Of a stretch of DNA of 64,000 nt, positions 51,686 to 62,532 are shown one piece after another. Position 1 is the stretch's first letter. Each line of letters begins with the position of its first letter. A program made the position numbers and the translations under genes. The DNA is from an uncultured Chthonomonadaceae bacterium (lineage in GTDB: Bacteria; Armatimonadota; Chthonomonadetes; Chthonomonadales; Chthonomonadaceae). Location: the NCBI GenBank assembly GCA_963835065.1, contig CAWIEK010000053.1, positions 320,001 to 384,000 on the forward strand. The letters are read 5' to 3'. The notes under the pieces were generated by a model. It saw nothing but the letters and a program-made list of their open reading frames with translations, was not told the origin of the DNA and made no database searches.

Positions 51686-54600
51686 ATGAACAACCACAAC
51701 CAACCCCTCAATATGGACGCCATCCGCGCCAGGCTTTCGGGCGCGCGGGGCAAGCAGTACTGGCGCACTTTGGGCGAACTGCTGGGCAACAAAGATACGC
51801 AGGAGTTTCTGGCCGACGAGATTCCGCAGACCACGCGCATGGCGGGGCTGAACATGGATCGCCGCCAATTCCTGACGCTGGCCGGCGCATCCCTGGCTTT
51901 GGCTGGACTGAGCGGCTGCCGCTATAAGGAGCAGAAGAAGCTCGTTCCTTATGTGCGCAAGCCTGAAGAGATGATCGAAGGCATCCCGATGGTGTACGCG
52001 ACGGCCATTCCGAGCATCGGCGGGTACGGCTTGGGTTCGCTTGTCACGCAGCGCGAAGGCCGTCCGATTAAGATGGAAGGCAACCCCGACCATCCCGCCA
52101 GTTTGGGACGCTTGGACGCGCTGGGACAGGCTTCCATTCTGCCGCTGTACGACCCCGACCGCTCGCAGGTTGTCACCAGTCAGGGCGAAGTGAGTTCGTG
52201 GCGCGAGTTTTTTGAGCGGGCGCGGGGCGCGTTCGCCTTGCAGCGTGGTTCGGGCGGCGCGGGTATCCGCATCCTGACTGAAACCGTTACCTCCCCTACC
52301 CTTGCCGCGCAAATGCAGGGATTGCTCGCGCAGTTCCCCAACGCCCGGTGGGTGCAGTATGAGCCGGCGGGACGCGACAATGTGCGGGAAGGCGCAAGGC
52401 TTGCGTTCGGCGCTCCCGTCAATTCGGTTTACAATCTTGACAAAGCGAAGCGCATCCTGTCGCTTGACGCCGACTTTTTGATGTCCATGCCGGGAAGCGT
52501 CCGTTACGCCCGCGATTTCATTAACGGACGCCGGGTGCGCGGCGCAACCAACGCTGCGGACTTGAGCCGCTTGTACGTCGTGGAATGTTCGCCGAGCATC
52601 ACGGGCGCAATGGCCGACCACAAATTGCCGCTTCGCCCAAGCCAAATTGAGCCGTTTGCCCGCGCGGTTGCCGCCGGGTTGGGCGTTGCGGGCGCAAATG
52701 CCGGTACGTTGGACGCCAACGCGCAGAAACTTGCCAATGCGGTTGTGAAAGACCTGCAAGCCGCGCCGCGTGGTTCCAGCGTTGTCATTCCGGGTGATTT
52801 TCAGTCGCCTGCCGTTCACGTTCTTGCCCATGCCATTAACGAAGCGTTGGGAAGCGTTGGTACAGCCGTCACGCACACCGATCCGATTGAAGCCGCGCCG
52901 ACCAATCAGTTCAACGATTTGGTTCAGTTGACGAATGACATGCGCGAAGGCAAAGTGGACGTGCTGCTGATTTTGGGCGGCAACCCGCTGTACAACGCGC
53001 CCAAAGATTTAGACCTGCGCGATCAAATTCGCAAGCCCGCTTTCCGCGCCCATCTGGGACTGTACGAGGACGAGACTTCCGAGTTGTGCCAGTGGCATTT
53101 GCCGGAAACGCACTTTTTGGAAACGTGGAGCGACATTCGCGCTTACGACGGCACGGCTTCTATTATTCAGCCGCTCATCGAACCTTTGTACAGCAATAAA
53201 TCGGCGCATGAAGTGCTTTCCGGCCTGACTGAAGAGCCGCGCGACAGTTATACGATTGTGCAGGAGCATTGGGCGCGTCAGAATACGACGGGAACCTATG
53301 ATTTCAACAAGCTGCTGCACGACGGCGTGATTGCCAATACCGCTGCCGCGCCCCGAACGACAGCGTTCAACGCGGGCGTGATTGCGTCCCTGCCCGCCCC
53401 GGCTCCGACTGCGCTGCCCGCGAACGGCTTTGAAATCACCATTCGCCCCGACCCGCATATATGGGACGGACGCCACAGCAACAACGGCTGGCTGCAGGAA
53501 CTGCCCAAGCCGTTCGTGAAAGTGACGTGGGACAACGCCGCGTACATCAACCTGAACACGGCGGCCAAACTCCACATTCAATTGGATACCGATTACGCGC
53601 ACCCGTCCGACATTATTGAAGTATCGTTCAAAGATGGCAGCGGTACGCCCAGAACGGAAAAAGTACCGGTCATTATTCAGCCAGGCGTACCTGACGACAC
53701 CATCAACCTGTTTTTGGGTTATGGGCGGACGCGGGCGGGCAGTTTGGGCAACGACATCGGCTACAACGCTTACAACCTGTTTACCACGACTGCGCCCTGG
53801 CATTTCCCCGCGACAGTGGAACGATTGTCGGACACGTACCCGCTTGCCGTGACCACGCACCATCAGACTATGTATGGCCGCGACATCGTGCGCGTCGGCA
53901 GCATTTCGGAATTCAAGCGGCGTCCAAGCCTCGCTCCCGAAGAGGGGGGAGAACACGCGGGCGAAAACGGCAGCGACAAGCATGAAACGCCTAACCGCGA
54001 AGAGAACCTTGCGATTAAAAACGAAAACGGCGGAAAAGCGTTGGAGCAGCCCAATATATACCCCGCCGCAGAGTGGAAATGGCCGCAGCCGGGGGACACG
54101 CAGTATGGCGCGTATGCCTGGGGCATGGTGGTAGATCAGGGCGCGTGTATCGGCTGCAACGCCTGCATGGTCGCGTGTCAGGCGGAAAACAACATCCCGA
54201 TTGTCGGCAAGCAGCAGGTGCTTATCGGGCGGCACATGAACTGGATTCGCATTGACACGTATTACGAAGCGAACCCGGAACACCACGAGGATTACGTGAC
54301 TAATCCCGGCACGTACTTCCAGCCCATGATGTGCCAGCATTGCGAGCAAGCGCCGTGCGAACCCGTGTGCCCGGTTGCCGCCACGATTCACAGCCACGAG
54401 GGCCTGAATCAGATGATTTACAACCGGTGCATCGGAACCAAATACTGTTCCAACAACTGCCCGTACAAGGTGCGCCGCTTCAACTTCCTGAACTACGCCA
54501 ACTTCTTCGAGGTTCCCGTGATTAAGATGCGGTACAACCCGGAAGTGACCGTGCGCGGGCGCGGCGTGATGGAAAAATGCTCGTACTGCGTCCAGCGCAT

Positions 54601-54844
54601 CAACATTGCGCGGCAAACCGCCAAGATGCAGGAGCGCGACCTGGCCGACCACGAAATTGTCACGGCCTGCCAGCAAACCTGCCCGACCAACGCCATCGTG
54701 TTCGGCAACATCAACGACCCGAACAGCGAAGTCTCGAAACTGAAAGCAGAGCCGCACAACTACGGTGTGCTTGCCGACCTGAACACGCGCCCCCGCACGT
54801 CGTACCTGGGCCGTGTGCATAATCCGAATCCAGAACTGGGGTAG
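51686..54844 (+). CDS. actB: ACIII molybdopterin-oxidoreductase-like/Fe-S subunit
   Basis: YWRTL..., DRRQFL Tat motif, [39 protein letters not shown]. Confidence 0.93.
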   Translation: MNNHNQPLNMDAIRARLSGARGKQYWRTLGELLGNKDTQEFLADEIPQTTRMAGLNMDRRQFLTLAGASLALAGLSGCRYKEQKKLVPYVRKPEEMIEGIPMVYATAIPSIGGYGLGSLVTQREGRPIKMEGNPDHPASLGRLDALGQASILPLYDPDRSQVVTSQGEVSSWREFFERARGAFALQRGSGGAGIRILTETVTSPTLAAQMQGLLAQFPNARWVQYEPAGRDNVREGARLAFGAPVNSVYNLDKAKRILSLDADFLMSMPGSVRYARDFINGRRVRGATNAADLSRLYVVECSPSITGAMADHKLPLRPSQIEPFARAVAAGLGVAGANAGTLDANAQKLANAVVKDLQAAPRGSSVVIPGDFQSPAVHVLAHAINEALGSVGTAVTHTDPIEAAPTNQFNDLVQLTNDMREGKVDVLLILGGNPLYNAPKDLDLRDQIRKPAFRAHLGLYEDETSELCQWHLPETHFLETWSDIRAYDGTASIIQPLIEPLYSNKSAHEVLSGLTEEPRDSYTIVQEHWARQNTTGTYDFNKLLHDGVIANTAAAPRTTAFNAGVIASLPAPAPTALPANGFEITIRPDPHIWDGRHSNNGWLQELPKPFVKVTWDNAAYINLNTAAKLHIQLDTDYAHPSDIIEVSFKDGSGTPRTEKVPVIIQPGVPDDTINLFLGYGRTRAGSLGNDIGYNAYNLFTTTAPWHFPATVERLSDTYPLAVTTHHQTMYGRDIVRVGSISEFKRRPSLAPEEGGEHAGENGSDKHETPNREENLAIKNENGGKALEQPNIYPAAEWKWPQPGDTQYGAYAWGMVVDQGACIGCNACMVACQAENNIPIVGKQQVLIGRHMNWIRIDTYYEANPEHHEDYVTNPGTYFQPMMCQHCEQAPCEPVCPVAATIHSHEGLNQMIYNRCIGTKYCSNNCPYKVRRFNFLNYANFFEVPVIKMRYNPEVTVRGRGVMEKCSYCVQRINIARQTAKMQERDLADHEIVTACQQTCPTNAIVFGNINDPNSEVSKLKAEPHNYGVLADLNTRPRTSYLGRVHNPNPELG

Positions 54845-54965
54845 TAGTCAGTAGTCAGTAGTCAGTAGTCAGTAGGAATCCTCTTCTCATATATCCGATA
54901 CTGACGCACAAAACTTTGAGTAGACCGGCATTTCTACTGACTACTGACTACTGACTACTGACTAC
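54843..54965 (+). repeat. (AGTAGTC)4 inverted heptamer element
   Basis: Same arms and related loop as 51551-51675. Confidence 0.93.
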
Positions 54966-54981
54966 CTCCTGGAGTATTACG

Positions 54982-56478
54982 TTGGCTGACGTTTATCCCA
55001 CCCCGAACCCTGCGCCGGGTGAAAATACCGAACCGACGGGCAATCGCCTGATCGGGGGCCGCAATACCTACGAGACGATCACGGATCGCATCGGGCGCAT
55101 CGTGCTGAATCAGGCCGGACACCCGCTGCCCTGGTATGTCATGGCGGGCATCGGGTTTTTGCTGCTCAACCTGCTGATGTACACTATCGTCTATCTGCTG
55201 TGGATGGGCGTCGGCATCTGGGGCATCAATGAGCCGTCCGCGTGGGGCTTCGACATCATCAACTTCGTGTGGTGGATCGGTATCGGCCATGCGGGAACGC
55301 TGATTTCGGCCATTCTGCTGCTGCTCAGACAGCAATGGCGTACCAGTATCAACCGCTTTGCGGAAGCCATGACGCTGTTCGCGGTTTCGTGTGCCGGCCT
55401 GTTCCCACTCCTGCATACAGGGCGTCCCTGGTGCGCGTACTGGATGTTCCCCTATCCGAGCATCCTGGCGATGTGGCCGCAGTTCCGCAGCCCGCTAATT
55501 TGGGACGTGTTCGCGGTTTCCACGTATGCGACGGTTTCCGCTGTGTTCTGGTTTATCGGCCTGATACCCGACCTTGCCAGTCTGCGCGACCGGGCGACCA
55601 ACGTGTACGCCAAAGTCCTCTTCGGCGCGGGCGCATTGGGCTGGCGCGGTTCGGCTGCGCACTGGCAGCGCTATGAAAGCGCGTACCTGATTTTGGCCGG
55701 GTTGTCTACGCCGCTCGTGCTTTCGGTCCACTCCATCGTGAGTTTCGACTTCTCCGTTGGAATCGTTCCGGGCTGGCACACGACGATTTTCCCGCCGTAC
55801 TTCGTCGCGGGCGCGGTTTTCGCCGGGTTTGCAATGGTTATCACGTTCGCCATTCCCCTGCGCAAGATGTATCATCTGGAAGACTTCATCACGATGAAGC
55901 ATCTTGACTGGATGGCGAAGATCATGCTCACGACGGGCCTGATTGTCGCTTACGGCTACCTGATGGAAGTGTTCTTCGGCTGGTACGGCGGCGACAAGTA
56001 CGAAATGGACATGCTGCGGTTCCGCATTTTCAGCCCCGCGTATGGCTGGTCGTACTGGGTGCTGATCTGCACAAACATTCTGATTCCGCAGTTGATGTGG
56101 TTCAAAAAGTACCGCATGAACCTGAAAATACTGTTCCTTGTGTGCCAGTCGGTCAGTATCGGGATGTGGTTCGAGCGGTTCGTGATTATTCCGGTCAGCC
56201 TGCACCGCGATTATCTGCCGTCCAGCTGGAACTACTATGTGCCGCGCCCGTTCGATTACACGATGTTCCTGGGCACGATTGGGCAGTTCATTTTCCTGAT
56301 GTTCCTGTTCATCCGGTTCCTGCCGATGATCTCGATCTTTGAAATGCGCGAACTGCTGCACCACGAAAGCCACACACACGGCGACGAACACGGCACGGGT
56401 GGGCATCACGGCCATGTTTCCCCGGGCGGCGAGCAAGCCAACGCTGTTACCAGTCCTGCGGGATTGAAGCATGAGTGA
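54982..56478 (+). CDS. actC: ACIII NrfD-like quinol-binding membrane subunit
   Basis: WGFDIINFVWWIGIGHAGTLISAIL, RFAEAMT, PFDY. Confidence 0.93.
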   Translation: MADVYPTPNPAPGENTEPTGNRLIGGRNTYETITDRIGRIVLNQAGHPLPWYVMAGIGFLLLNLLMYTIVYLLWMGVGIWGINEPSAWGFDIINFVWWIGIGHAGTLISAILLLLRQQWRTSINRFAEAMTLFAVSCAGLFPLLHTGRPWCAYWMFPYPSILAMWPQFRSPLIWDVFAVSTYATVSAVFWFIGLIPDLASLRDRATNVYAKVLFGAGALGWRGSAAHWQRYESAYLILAGLSTPLVLSVHSIVSFDFSVGIVPGWHTTIFPPYFVAGAVFAGFAMVITFAIPLRKMYHLEDFITMKHLDWMAKIMLTTGLIVAYGYLMEVFFGWYGGDKYEMDMLRFRIFSPAYGWSYWVLICTNILIPQLMWFKKYRMNLKILFLVCQSVSIGMWFERFVIIPVSLHRDYLPSSWNYYVPRPFDYTMFLGTIGQFIFLMFLFIRFLPMISIFEMRELLHHESHTHGDEHGTGGHHGHVSPGGEQANAVTSPAGLKHE

Positions 56479-56599
56479 AGGCATTAGGCATTAGGCATTA
56501 GGCATTAGGAAGAACTTGACTGATGCCAGATGGGTGAAATTGCGCATGTATGGTGAAATCAGGATTTTCCTAATGCCTAATGCCTAATGCCTAATGCCT
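56479..56599. repeat. (AGGCATT)4 inverted heptamer element
   Basis: AGGCATTAGGCATT... and ...AATGCCTAATGCCT. Confidence 0.93.
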
Positions 56600-56610
56600 G
56601 AGGAACGAAC

Positions 56611-57165
56611 GTGTTACACGAGACGACAACACCCCGTTTATACGGCATGGCGGCGGAATTCGAGACGCCCGAAGACCTGGTTGCGGCGGTCCAGGCGGCA
56701 AGGCGGGCGGGCTATCGGCGGATGGATGCGTACACGCCGTTCCCGGTGGGCGGATTGTATGAGGAAGACGCGCTCAACCTCAACGACTGGCGGATTCCCT
56801 GGGCGGTGTTCCTGGCCGGTCTGGCGGGCGCGGCGGGCGGCATGGGGCTGCAATGGTATACCAGCGTTTGCGATTATCCCTGGAACGTGGGTGGCAAGCC
56901 TGCGTTCAGCTGGCCGCAATTTATCCCGGTGACGTTTGAATGTACCATTCTGCTGGCCGCATTAACGGCTGCCGGAGTCATGATCGGCTTCAATGGCCTG
57001 CCGCGCCCGCACCATCCGATTTTCAACGCGCCGCGCTTTGAACTGGCGTCGCAAACGCGCTTTTTCTTCTGCATCGAATCGAGCGATCCGAAATTTGACC
57101 GCGAAGAAACCGAAGAATTCCTGCTTGGCCTGAACCCCTTCCAGGTTTCAGAAGTCGAGAATTGA
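56611..57165 (+). CDS. actD: ACIII subunit D (DUF3341)
   Basis: DAYTPFPV, VGGKP, FIPVTFE. Confidence 0.9.
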   Translation: MLHETTTPRLYGMAAEFETPEDLVAAVQAARRAGYRRMDAYTPFPVGGLYEEDALNLNDWRIPWAVFLAGLAGAAGGMGLQWYTSVCDYPWNVGGKPAFSWPQFIPVTFECTILLAALTAAGVMIGFNGLPRPHHPIFNAPRFELASQTRFFFCIESSDPKFDREETEEFLLGLNPFQVSEVEN

Positions 57166-58239
57166 GGTTTAGGAACGTGACCATGCGAGTTTCCTTCCGC
57201 ATACAACGCAATAAGGTTTTGCTGCTTGCCCCAACGACGCTGCTCGTAGGACTGGCGGGCTGCCATACGGATATGTGGGTACAGCCCAAAGTGAAGCCAC
57301 AGTATTCCAGTGACTTTTTCCCGGATCAGCAGGCGCAGCGTCCCTTGCAGCCGCATACCGTGAGTCGGGGGCAATACTGGACGGACTCGGCGCGCTATAC
57401 GGGTTTTGACAACAGCCTGAAAATAGCGACCGTGTTTCCGTTCAAGATCACGGAGCAGGATATAAAGCGCGGGCAGGAGCGGTTCAATATTTATTGTTCG
57501 CCGTGTCACGGCGCGTTGGGCAACGGGCAGGGGATGATCGCGCAGCGCGGCTTTGCTCTGCGCCGACAGCCCGGCAATTATCATGAGAAGCGTCTGATCG
57601 AGGCGCCCTGTCGGCCACTTCTACGACGTGATTACCAACGGCTACGGCACGATGTACTCCTATGCGTCCCGCGTGGAGCCGGATGACAGGTGGCGCATCG
57701 TGGCCTACATTCGCGCCTTGCAGCGCAGCCAGAACGCGGGGCGTGGGGATATGGACGAAAAAGACTCGCGCTTTACGGACGCCGCCAAAAAGCAGATTGA
57801 CAGTTTTGTGCCACCGCCGTCAGGGAACAGGGGACAGGGCACAGGAAACAGTAATAGTCCGGGCGCTGGTGGTACGGGTTCTGCTACCAATCCCGCGCCG
57901 CTTGCGGATACGCCGGTTCCGAACACGCCCGCGAATGGTGCGCGACAGCCCGCTCCCGGAACGCCGCCGCAGGGAACCGTCAATGCTCCGGGCGCTCCCA
58001 ACGGGGGAAACACGCCGGGAACGCCCGCGAACGGGGGCGCGATGGGCGCGCCGACAAATACCATGCCGGGTGGGGCAACGGGATCGGGTACGATACGCCA
58101 TCGACCCGGAACCGTCTCGAACAGCGAGAATCAGGGTGGCTTGAGGCCACCGTCCGCCAATCAATCAACGCCGCCATCGGCAGGCGCGAGTCAGACACCG
58201 CCATCGGCAGGGGGGAACAATGGCACAGGTAATAGATAA
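57162..58239 (+). CDS. actE: ACIII monoheme cytochrome c lipoprotein, frame broken at 57606-57608, long Pro/Gly tail
   Basis: LAGC lipobox, YCSPCHG; removing one C restores EAPVGHFYDVITNG. Confidence 0.88.
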
Positions 58240-59464
58240 TACGCGGCAGTTCCCCGCCGAATGGGAGAAGATAGGGAACAACGGCAAGTGGGCGGGCATC
58301 CTCGCCCTGGCCGGACTGGTACTCGGCTGCTTCCTGCTGCATCTTTTCGGCGGCACGGAGATACTGTTTTATCAGGCGTGGATGTACGGCTGGGTTTTCT
58401 GGATGTCCGTTACGCTCGGCTGCTTCATCTTTATGCTGCTGACTAATATCACGCGGGCGACCTGGGGTTTTCCCATTCTGCGCCTGCTGGAAGCCGGGGC
58501 AAAGATGTTCCCCTGGATGTTCGTGATGTTCCTGCCCATTATCGCCAACGTCTGGATGGGAACGCACAGCATCTATCCCTGGGCCGATTACGCGACTGCC
58601 CACGCCGACGAGAAAATGGCGCACCGCTACGGCTTTATGAACCCGACCGTCTGGACATTAGGCACGATTTTGTACTTCGGTATCTGGACGCTGATTACGT
58701 ACCTGCTTACGCGGCTGTCGGCGGATCAGGATCGCACCCGTGACGGCAGGATTATACAAAGGCGCGTAGACCTGTCTTCTATCAGTTTCTGCGTGATGAT
58801 GCTGTCCGGTACGTTCGCTTATGTGCATTGGGTGATGTCGCTGGATCGGCACTGGTACTCGACCATTTACGCCGCGTGGTACCTGGCAGGCTCCGCCCTC
58901 ACCGCCCTGAGTTTCATGGTGATTATTGCGACGACGCTGTTCATGCGCGGACAAGCGACGTATGCAAGTATCGTTACGCCCAAAGCCCTCAAGGACTGGG
59001 GCAACCTGATGCTGACGCTATCCATGGTGTGGGCGTACTTCTCGGTGTCGCAGTTCATCATTACGTGGTCGGGCAACCTGCCGGAAGAAATTACCTACTA
59101 CATTCAGCGCAACAACGGCACGACCGCGTATGTGACGACGTTCCTTGTTTTCGCCATGTTCTTCGGGCCGTTCCTGTGCCTGATTTCGGGACGCACCAAG
59201 CGGACACCCATGCTGCTGCGCTCCGTCGCCATCTGGATTTTCGGCGTCCGTATTCTGGAATCGTTCTGGAACATTGTGCCGTTTTACCAGAAAAACCTGT
59301 ACACGGAACTAGTTTCGCAGTTCAATTTCGCGTACCTGTGGGCCGTGATCGGTATCGGCGGCTTGTGGATGTTCGGGTTCTTCTGGTACGCGCGCCGCGC
59401 CCCGCTCGTGTCCATCGAAGACGCGGCAGAGTTGAAATATCTGGAGGAGGCCGCTCATGCCTAG
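58220..59464 (+). CDS. actF: ACIII membrane subunit F
   Basis: WVMSLDRHWYST, QFIITWSGNLPEE; operon position. Confidence 0.88.
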   Translation: MAQVIDNTRQFPAEWEKIGNNGKWAGILALAGLVLGCFLLHLFGGTEILFYQAWMYGWVFWMSVTLGCFIFMLLTNITRATWGFPILRLLEAGAKMFPWMFVMFLPIIANVWMGTHSIYPWADYATAHADEKMAHRYGFMNPTVWTLGTILYFGIWTLITYLLTRLSADQDRTRDGRIIQRRVDLSSISFCVMMLSGTFAYVHWVMSLDRHWYSTIYAAWYLAGSALTALSFMVIIATTLFMRGQATYASIVTPKALKDWGNLMLTLSMVWAYFSVSQFIITWSGNLPEEITYYIQRNNGTTAYVTTFLVFAMFFGPFLCLISGRTKRTPMLLRSVAIWIFGVRILESFWNIVPFYQKNLYTELVSQFNFAYLWAVIGIGGLWMFGFFWYARRAPLVSIEDAAELKYLEEAAHA

Positions 59465-60146
59465 CAGTGAATCAAACGATGCTCACGGGCACGACAACCC
59501 GACGCCCATTCCCGATTCGGGCCGCTTGTACGAAACGCGCGACGCTTCGCTGAACGTGATTGCGCCCTGGCTGGCCTTCCTGTTCGTGTTCGTTGCGGGC
59601 GCGGCAGGCACGGTATGGATCCTGTTTCACTTCGTATTTGTACCCGGCGGTGAAGAGAAATCGCAGTTTCCGCTAACGTACTCGCGCCAACTGCCGCCCG
59701 GCCCGCGCCTGCAGGCCAATGCCGTACAGGACATCAAGGACTACCGCGCCAACGAGGAAGCCGCTGTCAACTCTTATGGGCGCGACCCGCGCAGTGGAGC
59801 CATACATATTCCCGTTGACCGCGCCATGACATTAGTTCTAAACGAACTGCCGATACGTCCGGGCGCGGGGCCAGTGGACATGCGCGCCACCACGCAGCCC
59901 TATACCCCGCCGATTATGGACGGCAAAGACCCTGGTTCTGACGCGCCGCCGATTAGCGGCATGATGGACGCGCACGGCAACGGCGGCACAATGGGCCAGC
60001 CCGGCATGAACCCGCAGCAAAGCACGATGCCAACGCCCAACGCGCCAGGCGTTTCCACGCCGTCGCCAACCAATGGCAACGGCACGAACAGCGGCGGCGG
60101 ATTGCCTTTGCCGCTCTCCGACCCGAATTCAACGGGAACGCCGTAG
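59457..60146 (+). CDS. Single-TM ACIII-associated protein (ActG-like)
   Basis: YETRD, TM, PPGPRLQ, HIPVDRAM; operon position. Confidence 0.7.
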   Translation: MPSSESNDAHGHDNPTPIPDSGRLYETRDASLNVIAPWLAFLFVFVAGAAGTVWILFHFVFVPGGEEKSQFPLTYSRQLPPGPRLQANAVQDIKDYRANEEAAVNSYGRDPRSGAIHIPVDRAMTLVLNELPIRPGAGPVDMRATTQPYTPPIMDGKDPGSDAPPISGMMDAHGNGGTMGQPGMNPQQSTMPTPNAPGVSTPSPTNGNGTNSGGGLPLPLSDPNSTGTP

Positions 60147-60267
60147 CCGCAGCAGGCGGGATTGGAGCGCGTTCGGCATAGCAGATGCCACGAACGCGCA
60201 GCAAACGCGACTGGTGAATCGTATACATTAGTGACGACTGATGTGATGTTTGATGTGAGTAAGAAAG

Positions 60268-61197
60268 TTGGATGAACGCATGGTACGAACAGCCCGGTTT
60301 TCATGGGGCGCACAAGCGTTGACATTAAGCGTGGCCGCTTGTCTCGCATTGCTGGCGCAGAGTGGCGTGTCGGCGCAGACCCGCAAGCCCAATGTCGGCC
60401 TGTCGAACGGACAATCCGCGCTAACCGCCACGCCCGATGTGCATTTTGACCAGAAGGTGAACGAGACGGTTTCGGTAGACTTGCCGTTCGTGGATGAGAA
60501 TGGCAAAAACGTGATGCTGCGCGATTACATCAACGGCAAGCAGCCCGTTATCCTGATGCTGCCGTTTTTCAAGTGCGCCGGAGCCTGCAACACGGAACAG
60601 GCCGGCCTGATGAGCGCTATCAACGGCATGAAATATTCGCCGGGACGCGACTTTCAGGTGGTCATGGTCAGCATCAATCCCTTTGAAACGCCCGCGATGG
60701 CGCTGGCGAAGAAGAACGAGTACACGGCCACGCTGACCGATAAGGACGCCGCAAAAGGCATTCACTACCTGACGTCTCCCAATCACGCCGACATTCGCAA
60801 GCTGACTGAAGCGGTAGGCTTCCATTACGTCGAAGACCTAAAAACACAGCAGTTCGGCCACGCGACGGGTTTTGTCGTGCTGACGCCGCAGGCGAAAACG
60901 TTCCGCTACTTTTATGGCAGCGATTACAACCCGCGCGACATAAAACTGGCGCTCACGGAAGCCGGCGAAAACAAAATCGGCTCGTATATAGACCAGATTC
61001 TCATCCTGTGCTACCATTATGACCCGACAACCGGCAAATACGGCCTGTACGTTGTACGCATCAGCCAGGTATTAGGCATCGCGACCGTGCTGATCCTCGC
61101 CACCAGCATCGGCCTGATGCTGCGCTCGGAGAAGAGACAGGCGAAGGAAGACGGAATACGGAATACGGTAGACGGCAACGCTTCTCCCCTTACATGA
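60268..61197 (+). CDS. SCO family protein
   Basis: CAGAC (CxxxC), VSINP, GHATG; precedes oxidase subunit II. Confidence 0.88.
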   Translation: MDERMVRTARFSWGAQALTLSVAACLALLAQSGVSAQTRKPNVGLSNGQSALTATPDVHFDQKVNETVSVDLPFVDENGKNVMLRDYINGKQPVILMLPFFKCAGACNTEQAGLMSAINGMKYSPGRDFQVVMVSINPFETPAMALAKKNEYTATLTDKDAAKGIHYLTSPNHADIRKLTEAVGFHYVEDLKTQQFGHATGFVVLTPQAKTFRYFYGSDYNPRDIKLALTEAGENKIGSYIDQILILCYHYDPTTGKYGLYVVRISQVLGIATVLILATSIGLMLRSEKRQAKEDGIRNTVDGNASPLT

Positions 61198-61268
61198 TTT
61201 CGGGATTCAAGAAGGTGACGGCACGAACGGTTTTCTACCGTCTACCGTCTACCGTCTACCATCTACCT
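61148..61268. repeat. Degenerate (ACGGTAG)/(CTACCGT) inverted heptamer element, left arm inside the SCO gene end
   Basis: AGACGGAATACGGAATACGGTAGACGG ... CTACCGTCTACCGTCTACCGTCTACC. Confidence 0.75.
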
Positions 61269-61284
61269 TTTGGAGTTCTCACTA

Positions 61285-62427
61285 ATGAACTTTCCCATAG
61301 CTCCCGAACAGGCTTCGACGTATGCCATGGACGTGGACAACATCTTTACGGTGCTGTGCCTGCTCACGCTGTTTTTTACAACGCTGGTGCTGTCCCTGGT
61401 CATGTTTCTCTCCATACGCTACCGGCGCGGGTCCCGCTACTCGCGTAAGGGCGCGGTGGACGAACATATCGTTTTGGAATTGTCGTGGTCTATCGGGCCT
61501 TTGTTTATCGCGCTTGGCGTGTTTTTGTGGGCGGCAAGGCCGTTTACGGAAGTGTACCGCCCGCCCGCTGACGCCAAAGAGATATTCGTGATCGGCAAGC
61601 GGTGGATGTGGCACATGCAGCATGCCAACGGCATCCGCGAAAATAACGAGCTGCATATTCCCGTCGGCGAACCGATCAAGCTGACCATGATTTCGCAGGA
61701 TGTTATTCACGGCTTTTTCGTACCCGCCTTCCGGGTGAAGCGCGACGTGCTGCCGGGACGATACAATACCTGTTGGTTTTTACCGACAAGACCGGGCAAG
61801 TACCACCTGTTCTGCTCGGAATACTGCGGAACCAACCACTCCGAAATGACCGGTTGGGTTTACGTGATGGATCCCGCCGATTATCAGGCATGGTCGGATA
61901 CAGGCGGAACGCGGGATACACAGGAACACGAAACCATTACTTCACAGGGCGAAAGCCTGTATAACACGCTTGGATGCGCGAATTGCCACGCCGCGCAAAA
62001 CAATGTTCACGGCCCCACCCTGTACGGCATTTACGGCAAGGTGCGCCAGTTTACCAACGGCGGCACGGGAATTGCGGACGACAACTATTTGCGAACGTCT
62101 ATCATTAATCCGACGGCAGAGGTGGTGCAGGGCTACTCGTCGTGGGGCATGCCCGCGTATCCCGTCGGCCCGCAACAGGGACAGTTGACGGAAGAACAGG
62201 TGCTTTCCCTTGTCGCCTACATCAAGACATTGGGCGTTGCGCCAACGAGCGCGGACAAAACAACCAATAGCGCGGCTCCGGGTCAATCGGGCGGCAACGC
62301 TCCGGTAAAGCCGAATGGAAACACGTCCGCGCAGCCCATGAACGGCGCATCTGCAACCGGCGCTTCAACGAGTTTGCTGCCGCCGGACAATGCCACCGGG
62401 CAGGCCGGCTCCGCATCCCGTCCCTAA
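61285..62427 (+). CDS. coxB: Cytochrome c oxidase subunit II with fused cytochrome c
   Basis: DVIHGF, CSEYCGTNHSEM CuA site, CANCH. Confidence 0.95.
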   Translation: MNFPIAPEQASTYAMDVDNIFTVLCLLTLFFTTLVLSLVMFLSIRYRRGSRYSRKGAVDEHIVLELSWSIGPLFIALGVFLWAARPFTEVYRPPADAKEIFVIGKRWMWHMQHANGIRENNELHIPVGEPIKLTMISQDVIHGFFVPAFRVKRDVLPGRYNTCWFLPTRPGKYHLFCSEYCGTNHSEMTGWVYVMDPADYQAWSDTGGTRDTQEHETITSQGESLYNTLGCANCHAAQNNVHGPTLYGIYGKVRQFTNGGTGIADDNYLRTSIINPTAEVVQGYSSWGMPAYPVGPQQGQLTEEQVLSLVAYIKTLGVAPTSADKTTNSAAPGQSGGNAPVKPNGNTSAQPMNGASATGASTSLLPPDNATGQAGSASRP

Positions 62428-62532
62428 TTTTTTCGTCCGTAGGACGACTGGCCGAAGGCCACAAAACCGACTTTTTATAAGTCGGCTACTGTAAGGCGGA
62501 CTTACGCCGCAGTGTACCGGCAGGAAAACATT

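Noticed and set aside
53009..54820. Long antisense ORFs (also 16568-17971, 27533-28759, 62365-63471)
   Set aside because: Shadows of GC-rich sense genes with no recognisable motifs
57600..57615. Programmed frameshifting in actE, purD or moeA
   Set aside because: No slippery motifs; many unrelated genes are affected at short homopolymers
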